NCBI RefSeq assembly: GCF_018977255.1
Contig: NW_024704749.1
Coordinates: forward strand, 14,260,001-14,324,000
Direction: 5' to 3'
Length of the DNA: 64,000 bases
Source: Callorhinchus milii
Lineage: Eukaryota
Shown: in pieces, positions 26,021 to 38,150 of the stretch
Layout: each line of letters begins with the position of its first letter
Numbering within the stretch: the stretch's first letter is position 1
Position numbers and translations under genes: made by a program
Notes under the pieces: model-generated
What the model was told of the DNA's origin: nothing
What the model saw: the letters and a program-made list of their open reading frames with translations, nothing else
Databases searched by the model: none

Positions 26021-27403
26021 GTAAGTGTGGTGGGTAATGGCAGCGTGATAGACTTTAATTGGGGGGAAAACTCCCCCAAAACCACGTCTATATTCATACA
26101 TTTGCTAAAAGGGACTCAAATAACTTTTATATATATATATAAATATAAAATATACACAGGTGACCAAAAAGTCATGATATTATTATTATTCCATTAAAAA
26201 CATGGCTTCACGTTTCAGCATCTTCAGCAAGAATGCAGCTTTTATTCCGTAAAAGCAGGAGAAATATCTCCTACAGGTTTTGCGTAGCATGAAAAAAAAA
26301 CTATTGATAAACATCTGGAAAGTTCAGAAATTCCCCCCCCCAAAGCTTTCACGTCTAGTTTATACATTGACACAAACATACACACACACACTCTTTCTCA
26401 TGTGCTTCCACGTTACAAATCTACATTGTAAAACCAGAGTAAATAATAGTACTTTTGCCCCAGTTTTGGTGCGAGTCTGCTGTTTGGAGAGATGACGGGC
26501 TGGGGCCTTCAGACTTAGTTGGAGACCTTCCAAGCCTCATTGCTTAAAAAAATGGTCATGTGAGCGGGCGCCAGCATTAATGTTATGTGAACTTTCACTC
26601 CGTTACACAACCCATTATCTGCAATATGAATTCTCGGCAGGTGGGCAAGGTTTTTTTTTTGTTGTTGTTGCCGTTGAGAATTTGTAGAAAGAACTTACAA
26701 TTTACGTTAAGTTATTCTAACGCTAATCAGACAAACGCGCAGGTACGAGACGCTCAGAGGGTGGTTGCCGTGGAAAATATTCAGGGTTTATTGACCGTTT
26801 ATGCGACAAAGACATGTGCTGTGCAACCCCTAACTCATCAGTCTGCAATGCGGAGTAATGCCAATTTAGTAGCATTGATATTCGCATCATTCCCCCACCC
26901 CCAACCCCCACTCACCTCGTCTCATTTCCCCCACACCCCCACCCTCTCTCAGTCTCAGTTTATAAACTGGTTATTTCAGCTCAAGATAAAAACGCAGACT
27001 TCATAATTGATTATAAGGTCAAAACAACCGTGCAGTTCACCCAAAACCCATATTAAATCACAATTGTTCCCGGCTGCATAATCTCTTGTGTTCTTCGAAG
27101 GAGTTTTTTGGAGTGTTTATGTTGTAAACGCCCATAAATTCTTTGTAAAAAAATCAATAGTCCAGGATTCCACATTTGGAATTATGCCCGTGTGTACTTG
27201 TTTTACAAAATGGACTTCCTACACACTTTTTTTTATTTTAAAAAGAAAACCCCCCCGAGGACAGCTGAGCTCTCTTTATTTTTACTTGCAACTTCAAAAA
27301 TACATAGTCGGTACACTTCGCAGTGAATCCTGTGTTCAGTCAGCCCAATGTGCTGTATTACAATGTATACAAGGATTATTATTATTATTCACGTGTGGAG
27401 TCT

Positions 27404-27600
27404 TTAAACCACGGAGGGCTTTAAAGGTGAGGATGAGGATCTTGATCCTCTGGGGATGGGGGAGCCAGTGAAGCCAGGTGAGGTGCGGGAGAGGACACGA
27501 GCAGCAGAGCATCGAATAATCTGTAGCTTGTGGAGACGAGAATTGGGACTTCCAGCGAGCAGGGAAGTTAGCTCAGTTACTGCTCGGTCCATCGCTTTAG
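27404..27600 (-). mobile_element. L2-clade LINE ORF2 C-terminal remnant
   Basis: Minus-strand translation SLLAGSPNSRLHKLQIIRCSAARVLSRT, then after frameshifts LHWLP and QRIKILILTFKAL; these are characteristic L2 ORF2 motifs. Confidence 0.75.
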
Positions 27601-28854
27601 TTTGAACACTGAAAAGGTGCAAACAAAACTTGGATCTCGAGAGGTTAATGCAACAATTCCAGATCTGGCCATACCAGAAAATAGCCATGGATACAGCACG
27701 CATCGTTTATGGCTCCCTCGCTTAAAGAGACTCTATATAAAGCTCTCTCTCGTTCTATAATATGCCCTTTGCTGCAGGACTTGTACACTTGCCAAAGAAG
27801 GGGGGGGGGGGATCTGGGCTGATTTATGGCATTTGGAGGTGGGGGGCCGGGTGAGGCGTCATGAATAAATGTTCAGCCTTGTTCTGCCTGTAATATAGAT
27901 CAGTAAACTTTCTGATCTTCTCTCTAGTTCTTTTGTAATTGCGTCGAGACTCAAATTACACGAGCAAGTACATCAAAACAGTGAGTGGGTCGGTCAGTCA
28001 CTTCAGTTGCTTTGTCATTAACACAGTGAGGAGAACGGTTGATGAGGAATGGACATTTTGAGGGCAGCGTGCATTGATTTTCATCCTCTTTTGCGCCTGA
28101 GGAGTGAGTGAGAGTGAGTGAGAGGGAAAGGGGGCGGGTGGGGGGGGAGAGAAAGGGAAAAAAAAAATTCTGGCGATACGCCAAATACCAAGAACGCCGA
28201 GCATTCAACGAAAAACAATTTGAGGGCAGGGTAAAGGTTGCACATAATTGTAAAGTATGCAGGTGCTGTTGCAAAGTCCCAAAGGAGTCCTGTCTAAATG
28301 GAAGCCAGCGGTTAGTCCTGGCTGAGGTGCACACACATTTAATTGACAGACAGCAATCTCGAAATAGAAGATGCTGCACATTCAGCACAAGAATGATTTA
28401 ACTGCCCCCCCCCACCCCAGGGAGACTTTACTGTAGTAAAGTCCTTTGTGATCGTAGTAATGACGAGATGTATATCACACGCAAGGGCAAGGTTACACGT
28501 TCTCAGGGCGGTCAGAGGCTAATTTGTCTTTAAATTTTAATGTCGGAATAATGAAAGTTTGGCATTAAACTAGCTTTTGTGTTTCGCTCGTGAAACCCAA
28601 AAGATCTGTTTGGCTTTACTGATAGGCAGGGAAAAGATGGGGATATTTCTGCTTGCAAGGTCCTAATGGGATTTGGTGCTCATGCCTGGAGACTGAGATG
28701 CGCAAATGGTATTTTTGTATATATAAAAAATGTAATGCACAACGCTGTTAAATTGCTATTCGTTCACACTGAGGTAACGTGAATGAGAATGTAATAACAC
28801 GACACGGATGATGAAAAACAAATCTTTGAATGCTTAACAGGCAAAATATCCTTG

Positions 28855-29062
28855 CAAAAAAAAACATGGCAGTCAATTTATGCACAGCGGGGATCCACAA
28901 ACAGCCATGAAGTGAATGACCAATTTTATCGGGGGGATTGTTAGGCCAGGACACCAGGAGAAACTTTGCTAGTGTAGGACAGATCTTGAATGCTTATCTG
29001 AACAGGCAGAGGGGGCCTTGGTTTAATGTCTCATCCGAGGGACAGCGTATCTGACGATGCAG
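28855..29062 (-). mobile_element. Deu-SINE core fragment
   Basis: CCACAAACAGCCATGAAGTGAATGACC...GCCAGGACACCAGGAGAAACT...TTGGTTTAATGTCTCATCCGA. Confidence 0.8.
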
Positions 29063-30129
29063 CTTTACATTTGAGATCACCATCAATTAAACGGAATCAA
29101 GAAGATTCTGAAATGACTTCACTGTCCTGTCCTCATCCAAAACTTGTTCCTGCTGTCATTTAGCCTCAGTGCAATGAAATATCTCCAAGTGTCTGTCCTT
29201 CACACCCCTGAATCATGAATTCTGGCTCTGCTAAGACATTTCTATACAACTCAGATGGTGGGGGCGGGGGCAGGGAGGGAAAAAGATTGCATCTCCCAAT
29301 GGAAAATAATAACAACAATTGTGAATTGCAATGTGGACAAAATTAACTTTGAATTGAATAACTCAAGCAAATCAGGAGACTTGAGAGAGCAAGAGAGAGA
29401 AAAGTGCTTTACTGAACTAGTTTGGTCATACAGGGTTGAAGCAAAATTAGTTTTTCCACCCCCCCAAAGGCAACATCAGGCAGGCAGGGTAAAAAGGGTG
29501 TATGAAAGAGGCTTTGCTTCATGCAATATTTAGCAGCGAGGCTGAGATAATGGAACGTGTGGGCTGGTAGGAACTCACTCAATTACTAGTGATCATGATG
29601 TCATTAGAATTGACCTTTTGACTCACGCTGGCAGGGATAAGAAAAGGAGTACATTAGATTTCAGGAGGGAGTGAAAGAAATAAGATAAACAGCTAGAAAC
29701 TATCGGAGGCTTTCTTGAAACAAAATCAAAAGGAGGAGAGGTTTTAAACGAGACTGTACTACTGGAGAGAAGGTAGGCGGTACATAGTGTAGTAGGGTAG
29801 AACATCAAGCGCTTCAAAGAATAATACTAGAAAGTGAATTGACTGTATTTTGTGGGTGAAATATTTTGAATAATAATGAAGAAAGAGGTAATAACAGTGA
29901 GGTTAGTCTGCAGTCTCATCAAGGTTTCCATTATTTCTTCTTCTTAATAACAACAACAAAGCATTTGATATAGTATCACTGAGACATCTCAAAGAGCTTC
30001 ATAGTATTTACCGTAAAAGTGTCACAACTGTATAGTGTGTGAGCAAAATCCACGTTTGTTGTCACCAGTGAAGACGAAGACATTAGCCAGTGCGCCCAGA
30101 TAGGAAACCCAACTGACAGGGATGCTTCA

Positions 30130-30600
30130 GAGTTTATGGAGATTTGTGGTTAGCAATGAAATGGTCATTAAACAAGAACTGGAGTGCTTTAAGGCTCATA
30201 AAACATCAGGGCAGAGCGGGGTGGATCCAACACGACTAAAATCACAAACGAGGAGTAAAAGTAGGGGTGTGGTGGCAGAGATGGCTATAAAAGCTCGCTG
30301 GCCACAAAACTCATGGAGATGATGAGCGTAATTCCAATCTTTTATAGAAAAAAAATCTGAGGATGATCTTGGGAATTCTAAGCTTGTTGGCTTGACATTT
30401 TTAATGGGAAAAATGCTTTGAGTCAATTGGGAAGGAAGTGATTCGAGCGAGCCTGCCAGTTGGACCCAAGTGAACAGGGGCTTATGAGAGAGGCAGGCTG
30501 TGCGTAATATATTTATTGAATTCTTTTAGGATGTGACCGAGTTGGTTCACGAGCTTAAACAGGTGGATACTCTAGCTGGATGTTCTGCAAACCACAGTGC
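30130..30600 (+). mobile_element. Degenerate CR1-type LINE internal fragment
   Basis: Remnants of KSxGPDGxHPR, V.PIFKK, GNYRPVSLT...GKMLE and EFFEDVT...VD-like segments, with many frameshifts. Confidence 0.55.
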
Positions 30601-30642
30601 AGCGTTCAGAAAGCAAGCGAATAAAAAAAAAAGGTCCTAAAG

Positions 30643-31016
30643 ATAATAATACTTGCATTTGATACAGCGCCTTACCATGTCACTGAGACGTCTCAAAGCG
30701 CTTCACAGAATATACTGTAACATGAATTGACTGTATATTCTGGGGGCTAGATGCAGCAGCCAATTGCGCACAGCAGCGTCCCACAAACAGTCAAGGGTTA
30801 CACGCCCAAATTATTATTGATTAATTTATTTTTTTAAGGGATTATCACCCACGGAAAAGCGATCCATCAGTCGACCAGCAACCAGCTTCCTACGTACAGC
30901 TAGGCAAACAGAGGCTTGCGGAGGAAGGAAACTTGCCTAACATTTCTCCCTGCCCAGGAATCAAAACCAGGTCCTCTCACTTGCGAGGCGAGTGATCTAA
31001 CCCCTACGCTACAGAT
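30643..31016 (-). mobile_element. Full-length short tRNA-derived SINE, long variant with extra central block
   Basis: Reverse complement of the same head (CTCGCCTCGCAAGTGAGAGGACCTGG), body and (TAT)n tail as the 63675 copy. Confidence 0.88.
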
Positions 31017-31994
31017 TGCACGGAGTTTACTTTGCGCTAGAGGGGAAAACAACCAGATATGCAGGAGACGCGATAGCAATTTGTTTTTTTTTTAAAAAAA
31101 GGAAAAAACTTCTTAGCTAGGTAAAACGGGTCAGAAATCGTCCGAGCGGAACTTGCTCATGGGCAAAACAATGAACTGGAATATCTGAACTCAGTTGTAT
31201 TACACCAGCTTCATTAAAGGCTTGGAGTTGAAACGTTCTCAATTATACTGCTGGGTCTTGGCTCTGAACATTTTCCACATGTACCCTCTCAGGCACAGGG
31301 CCTGTTGCAAAAACATCTGGACTGTGACGCCCGGGGTATAAATAGCTCGGCCCCTGAGAACACTCGAGGACTAAGGTGGGGTTAAAAATAACGGTCGTTT
31401 GTTGGGAGAGCCCAAGACAGCTTTGCAAGTTAGTTAAACTCTTTTTTTTTAAAAAAAAAGGCTTTGTGTTCCACCCACTCGCTCGATCTCAACTCGACAG
31501 AAAGCTGAAACACAACTCCCGGCAAATATTGAGTGTATTAATTCCGTGGCATCGTGTTGCACTGACGATTTGCACAGGCCCTTTCAGGGGTGATTTCCCT
31601 TCGGGTTCAGAGCTGTTAACACTATCAATAATTACAGCCGACTTGGGATGAGGTTCGGCACATGGCGCTGCGTTAATACGAACATGCACTAAAAATGCAA
31701 AACAGCAATATTTAGGGCCAAGAAGAAGAAAAAAAGGTATTTAGGGAATATCTTGCTTTCTCGCTAAAGCATTTATTGAAATGTTTATAACGTACTACTC
31801 AACATGTCAGCAGTTAGCCTCTCAACCAGCAGTCACTGGATAGAGACGGAAAAGAGTTCAAAATCTAATTTGTTTCACAACCACTTCACCTCTCCCCTCT
31901 TTGCCTCCGCACTCACACCACCAAAAAAAATTTAACCTCAGCAGAATTTTTCAGTAAGAATACTCGTTGCACATAGATGGTCACAGACAAAACA

Positions 31995-32372
31995 ACAACA
32001 CATTTGTACAGCATCACTCAAGCACGTCGCAGGTCATTGTAATGGCTGTCAAATGTAGTGACTGTGAGCAATGTAGGCTTGGCAGGGCCCTACACAACCA
32101 GTCCTGAAATGATTGACCAACTTTATCTGAGGGATTGTCAGCCAAGACACTGGGGTGATCGGGGTGCGGGAGAAACTCCCTTATGGCATCACGGGATCTA
32201 TCGTGTCACCCGGATGGAAAGGCAGAACCTCAATTCAACATCTCATAAGGCACCACTTTCCTGAGTGCTGCACTGGAGTGTCAGCCTGGACTATGAGCTC
32301 AAAGGCCTTTGTGGGATTGAATCCACAACCTGCTGACCCAAAGCCAAGAGCACCACCAGTTGAGCAAAGCTA
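31995..32372 (-). mobile_element. Deu-SINE, diverged
   Basis: GGGAGAAACTCCC, CACGGGATCT, GTGCTGCACTGGAGTGTCAGCCTGG, GGATTGAATCCACAACC. Confidence 0.72.
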
Positions 32373-32389
32373 TGGAAGCATTATATAGA

Positions 32390-33700
32390 GTTTTGGATGA
32401 AGACGGCCCTTTGGGCTCCTTTGATTTCATGCTTCCAGACTACACACCTCACCCTTCTATCAAAGCATCAAGCTTCTTCTTAAAATAAGACAACAAGTCC
32501 AGCATCCTGGTTTCAACCAGCCTTCCTGGTAACACACTCCAGTCAGTTACCCTCCGAGTAAAGAATTACATTCCTGGTACCCTGAAATTGCCCTTCACAA
32601 CCCTAAACCTTCCTCATTGCAGCCAAAAGTAGCGTTTAGAGTTCACTCTCAATCCAATTTCAAATCTTATGTACAGCCTGTATAATATGGTCACCTTCGA
32701 GACATCTTTTCAAGACTGAACAAAACATTGTTCACACTGGGGATCATCTTCCTCACTTTCCTTTGCATTGCCTCTAGGGTCTTTATATCACTGAATCCAG
32801 AACTGCACTCAGCTCTCCAGGTGTGGGCTGACCAGAGCATTTTACAGCTTGAGTTTAACCTCCAGGGATCCGAACTCAACTAATTTGGCAATGGAGCCCA
32901 GCATCCTATTTGCCTTGTTTATTGCTGCCTTACACTGTTTTAACATGGTGAGCAATGAGTCAACTCACAATCCAATATCTCTTTCAGCTTCCCCCCTGGC
33001 AAGTTCTATCCCATTCATGGAGCACACACGCTTCCTAGTCCGACGTCCCACATGGAGTACTTTGCATGTATCTGTATTGCATCTCTTAACCCAGAAACAT
33101 GGGCGAAAACATCACTGCAAAATTCAACCGGCCCCACTTAAGTTCTCTCCTACTTCCATAGCAAACATCAGCATTGAGCACGTAGTAGTGAAAAAAACAT
33201 TCCATTCAGTAAAAGCAAAAACAGTTTTTCTTACCCCCAAAATCGAACCCCTCTTCTCTGCCTGTCCAGTGCTCAAAATCACTGCAAAGCGGTTACATCT
33301 CCATTCCTGCCCCCTTGACAATCTAATTAAGGTTCTTGGGAACAGCTGTGGATCATTGAGCTTAACCTGGTCCCTTAAACAGGCAATAAATAAACCACTT
33401 GCACAATTGTCACAGGGACTGTGGGGTTAACTCATTCTTGTCTGCTGTGACTGCGGGGAATAGGAACTGACTTTCCATTCTCCTTCCCGTACATTTTCTT
33501 CTGCTTTGCAACCAAGTAACGCCTTAGAATTCTTTCCCTCTGATGTCCCTCAAATTTGGTTCGATCCAGTCTATAAATCCAGCTTATTTGCTCATTAAAG
33601 CTCTCCAACGCACCTGCAAAATGCAAGCCTCGACTTCGCACTTCATAAGGCAATACATTCCTTGAACACAATGGTTTTATTTCCACTCCAAGTCTTGTCT
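32390..33700 (-). mobile_element. Degenerate CR1-type LINE, 3' ~1.3 kb (RT C-terminal part and tail)
   Basis: Minus strand GAGGTTAAACTCAAGCTGTAAAATGCTCTGGTCAGCCCACACCTGGAGAGCTGAGTGCAGTTCTGG resembles the CR1 ORF2 motif EV.LKLY.ALVRPHLEYCVQFW with stops. A CR1-like 3' end lies at ~32390. Confidence 0.75.
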
Positions 33701-34008
33701 TTAATTGTTTTTAAGCCCCACCATGGGGTCTTTGAACTCATGTAGTCAAGGCTGACGCTCCAGAGCAGTCCTGGGAGAGCGCTAAATCATCAGAGGTGCC
33801 GTCCTTCAGATGACAAGGTTAAAGAGAGGTCCCATCTGTGCTCTGTTAAGGTGGATGTGAAAAGAAAAGGGAGATTCTCCCGGTGTCCTGGCCAACAATC
33901 TCCCCAGATAATATTGGCCACTCACTTCATGGCTGCTTGTGGGACATTGCCATGTGCAGATTGGTTGCCACATTCACTTATAAAATACACAGTCACTACA
34001 CTTTACAA

Positions 34009-34391
34009 TAGTGATGGCCAACCAATGGCCCATGGGCCAGAAGTGACCTGGGTTCGATTCCCGGCAGGGTGAAACATCGGGCAAGTTCCCTTACTCCACA
34101 CGCCTGTTAATAATCCCTCAAGAAAAAGTAATAGCAATAATAAATTGGGCACTTCAATCCACGACTGTTTGTGGGGACGCTGCTGTGCGCAATTGGCTGC
34201 CGCGTTTCGCCCACAAATATACAGTCAATTAACTTTACAGTATATTCTGTGAAGCGCTTTGAGACGTCTAAAGCACTATATCAAATGCAAGGATTATTAT
34301 TGTATTATTATTAAGTGGCCATCAATTAAAAATAAATATTTAATCAAGAATATGTATTTGATTGTCTGGCCAAAAAGGTTGGCCACCACTG
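34009..34391. mobile_element. Non-autonomous hAT (Charlie-like) MITE, ~110 bp net
   Basis: 15-bp TIRs TAGTGATGGCCAACC / GGTTGGCCACCACTG (13/15 match); 8-bp TSD CTTTACAA (34001-34008) / CTTTACAG (34392-34399). Confidence 0.8.
34045..34312 (+). mobile_element. 5'-truncated short tRNA-SINE inserted inside the MITE
   Basis: GACCTGGGTTCGATTCCCGGCAGGG head through to the TATTATTATT tail, flanked by AAGTGACC (34041-34048) / AAGTGGCC (34313-34320). Confidence 0.85.
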
Positions 34392-34505
34392 CTTTACAGT
34401 ATACCCTGTGAAGCGCTATTAGGTCCAGCCTTAAAGGTCTCTTCTCCAGCTCCATTTATCCCGTTGACTCTTAATTAATTCCACCTTCTTTCATTCCTCT
34501 TGCAG

Positions 34506-34601
34506 CTTTACATTGGGGACAACTACTGTGACGGAGGGAACAACAGAGCTTACTGCAACTACGATGGAGGAGACTGCTGTGCCTCTACACTCAACAGAAA
34601 G
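34506..34601 (+). CDS. PAPPA: PAPPA exon encoding LNR3 (Lin12-Notch repeat)
   Basis: TTGCAG acceptor; [32 protein letters not shown] with the LNR signature GDxxCD...CxYDGGDC; donor AAG|GTTAGA. 96 nt, phase 0 to 0. Confidence 0.96.
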
Positions 34602-36084
34602 GTTAGACCCCTCTCAACCCCCTTTCGACAGAAACATGTTTCAGGTTCTGTACGCGTTGCAATACATTAACGATTTCTTGCGTTGAGGGTGATGCTATTT
34701 CATCCCAAAATATGTAAGTTGTGTTTAAAAGGCCACAGTTAACGAATCAACTTGACACAGCGTTACAGAACGGTCCTGCAATACACACAGGTAAGAAACT
34801 GACTTGACGTGATCTCAAGAGCAAACAAATTATCAGGGTGTTAGACTTGAACTCAAATGTGTATGTGTGTGTGTGGTGCAAAAACACAGCCGCGGCGTGG
34901 GATGGTTTATCAAGTTCCCGTGTGTCAATTGATGAAACGTTTGCAACTCAAATGGTGTATGTTTTCTCTCTCCTTAGGATGTCAGAGGGTTTTCTTGTTA
35001 TTTAAAAAAAAGTTGTGTATAGTTGCTCTGCCACAAATTCGGTCTGTCAGACTTCCGAAGCGAAGGAGAGAACGTTTTTGAGACATCTCGACGACCGTGA
35101 TAAGGCGCTGTATCAAATGCAAGGATCATTATTATTACCTGATCGTAATAACAAATCATTACACATCTTAACAATTAAGTAACATTGAAAAAAATCATAA
35201 AACGCTGCGACGCTACAAAAAAGGTTTGAGCCTCAGACGAGACCTCCAGCCTTTTCTGATCTTCCAGTCACTTCTGCTCCTCAGAAGCTGGAAATATCTG
35301 TGAACGAGAGAAGCAGCTCAATGCTTCCGGCTTAATTGAACAGGTCGACACAATTAGTAAGTGGTTAAGCAGCTTATGTGACTGAGCAAACCGCTGCCTA
35401 AGTGAATGGGGGTGGGCGTTCTTCCACATCGCTGCCCCTTTTCAGAATCCCCTGGGTGTTGTATATTTTTTGGGGTGTTGATCTTCATCAGAAAGTGTAC
35501 CGGGCGGGGGGGGGGTTAAGAGAGAAAGCGTAAGGGGGCAGAAAAGTGAGAGAGGGAAGAAAAGATTTATTCAAAGCCGAAGGCTGACATCCTTTTTTTT
35601 TGTAGTTTAAAAAAAACAACGGAGAAATACGCACTTTAATCCTGCGCACAATTGACCACAAAGCTGTGTCTTTTTTAATATACTCTGGTGGGATCGATCG
35701 AGTGTATCGCCACAGCCCCTTTTCTGTTTCTCTGTGACCGTCCACACTCTTAGTATCTTGTGGATCCTTCAGAGGAAACACAAGAACAGGCCATTCAGCC
35801 CCTCGAGCCTGTTCTGACATTCTACTACATCATGGCTGATCCATACCTCAACTCCAATTATGCCCCCCCCCCCCCCCCCCCGTTCTGGATTCCCTCATCA
35901 GACGCTAATGGGGAGAGAATGATGTCTTTAACTACATGCCCTCATACCTTATAAATACACACTATGTGTCCACACAAAAAGAAAAACTGTTTTACACAGA
36001 GGGCGGTTGGAATGTGAAATTCTTGGCCAAAACCATTGTTGAGAAAGAGATCAGCCCGTTAATTGTTTATAAAATAGTTCGTTG

Positions 36085-36410
36085 TCAGCCCGGCTCAGTT
36101 GGTCTCTGCTCCACGTCAGAAGGTTGTGGGTTCAACCCCCCCCCCCACATAAGGAGCTCGTAGTCTAAACCCAATGCTTCAGTGCCTTGGTTTTGGGGTT
36201 AGGTGGGGGGTGCACTGCACTGTCAGAGGTGCCGGCCTTCGGATGAGACGTTGAAACAAAGATGCCACAGCACTATTCGAAAAGAGAAGGGAGTTTATCA
36301 CCAGCCAACGAGCTCCTAGATAAAACCGGCCGTTCACGTCATGGTTGTTTGTGGGACATTGCTGCGCGCAAAATGGCTGCCGTGTTCGTACAATCCATTC
36401 TTCTGTGACT
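36085..36410 (+). mobile_element. Deu-SINE lacking tail
   Basis: GTCAGCCCGGCTCAGTTGG, TCAGAAGGTTGTGGGTTCAA, GAGGTGCCGGCCTTCGGATGAGACGTTGAAAC, TGTTTGTGGGACATTGCTGCGCGCAAAATGGCTGCC. Confidence 0.8.
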
Positions 36411-38059
36411 GTTATCGCGCCAGGGAACGAACGAACGAACAAAACAAAAAACGGCACCAAAAAAAACAGCTTCTGCGCTCCTCCCGAGTGAAATAAATTT
36501 CCAGCGTAAAAGTGTCAGGATGATTGAAAAGTCAATTGTAGCAGAAAAGTCTAGGGGTCTCGGCAGAGCATTTGACAATATCAAAGGTTCTGAATTCCAT
36601 CAGGCGTACAGGATCTGTCTGCTTTTTACGCTCCAACTACAGCTCGTATTAATCAATCAAAAGAGAGAGAGAGAGATCAGAGAATGTGAAATGCTCCATT
36701 CGCTCTCTCTCTCTCTCACTTTAAAAATCTCAACATAAAACATCTCTTCATCAATGGGTCACAGTGTTGATAATGTGTGGGGGGGCGAGGGGGGGGGGTA
36801 GGGAGCTGATGGGTAGTGGGGGGGGTGAGGGCTGTTGCCTTGAGATTGAAACATACTTAAACCAATTTCTTTTATGCGTCTTTTCCATCGTAATCCTCTT
36901 AAAAGGGGAAAAAAATAAAAACAGCATTTCCAAATGGCCAAACCGTTAGCTACTTATCTCCGTGCCGTTTAAGGTCATGCTATTTGCTGCGTTGAATGTG
37001 ATCGATTAGCCCGGGGTTCAAGCACCCCCAGCACCCAGCCGGACGTGCTTTAAGCAAATTCAGACCTCGTTTGGCGCTGAAACTCCCAACACTTAGCCGC
37101 CCCAGGCCCCTGCCCCTTTAAACTCCGCCAAGCATATGTCTAGGGCTGTCCTCCTTATTAACCTTATCAGAAGCTCCATTGACACAGGAGCCCCCAAGAA
37201 GCCCCTGTGCTTTGTGCTAATCCATTAATCCCCTTTCACTTGTTCTGCGGTGCTTGTACAACCCTTTCTTTGGCACTTCTTTATTTAGCACCCTGACAGT
37301 GCATATCTCCGAGAGCTTTCCCTGCTTTTTTTTTAATCTCCTCGGGTCGCCAGAGGGGCTGGAGGACCCGATACAATGGCACCGTTCCGTCTCTGAGCGC
37401 CGCCTCGCACCCTCAGTTAAACTTACACAAAGCGCCTCAGCTTCGAGTCTTATAACCACTTCCTCCCCGGCAGAGTGTCGGTGCCCCTACTGCCCCCGTC
37501 TCGCAACAGGAATGTGTCGTCCGGATAACCACAAGACTCCGCACAGACAATCCCCATTATTACCAAGTCATGCGGAAGAATAAAGTAGGTCTCGTCAAGG
37601 ACTGAGCTGCTGGATTCATGTTAATGAAGCTCTAGTTGGGACCACCAAGTAACACAGTCGGTAACATAGGAATTTTTTGCAAATTGGTTGGGTTTAGACC
37701 ACGGGTTTTACTAGGAATATTCACCTTCCATAAAGCACGGTATCACATCAAAACACCTCCCAAGCCCTTCCTCATACCAGCTCACTTGAAGTCCAGCAAA
37801 CGATATTTAGAGAGATACACAAGCTGATCTGTACTACCAACTTTACCCCCTTCCCCCTCCCTCTCCTACACACCCCCCCACCCCCCAAAAAAGAAAATGT
37901 GATGAAGGGCATTTTAATTAATCTGGAATTCAGAGAAATGAGGAACAATGCTGAAGAACTCTCTGCTTTTCTCTCTAATGGCATCTTTTAAAACCAACCA
38001 GAACAAACAATTGGTATCGCGGTTCGGATGTCTCCCCGAGAGTCAACATATTTATTCTC

Positions 38060-38150
38060 TCGTGTGCGCATGTGTGCGTGTGAGTGAGTGAGTGTGTGTG
38101 CGTGTGTGTGTGTGTGCGCATGTGAGTGTGCGAGTGAGCGAGCGAGTAAG
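38060..38150. repeat. Compound (GT)/(GAGT)/(GC) microsatellite
   Basis: Direct reading. Confidence 0.9.

Larger units (their letters stand above)
33720..34420 (+). mobile_element. Deu-SINE interrupted at 34008/34392 by a MITE
   Basis: Deu body 33720-34008 ends ACAGTCACTACACTTTACA and resumes at 34392 CTTTACAGTATACCCTGTGAAGCGCT. Confidence 0.8.

Noticed and set aside
32849-33430. 193-aa ORF as a nested intronic gene
   Set aside because: It is the antisense reading of a decayed CR1 LINE on the minus strand.
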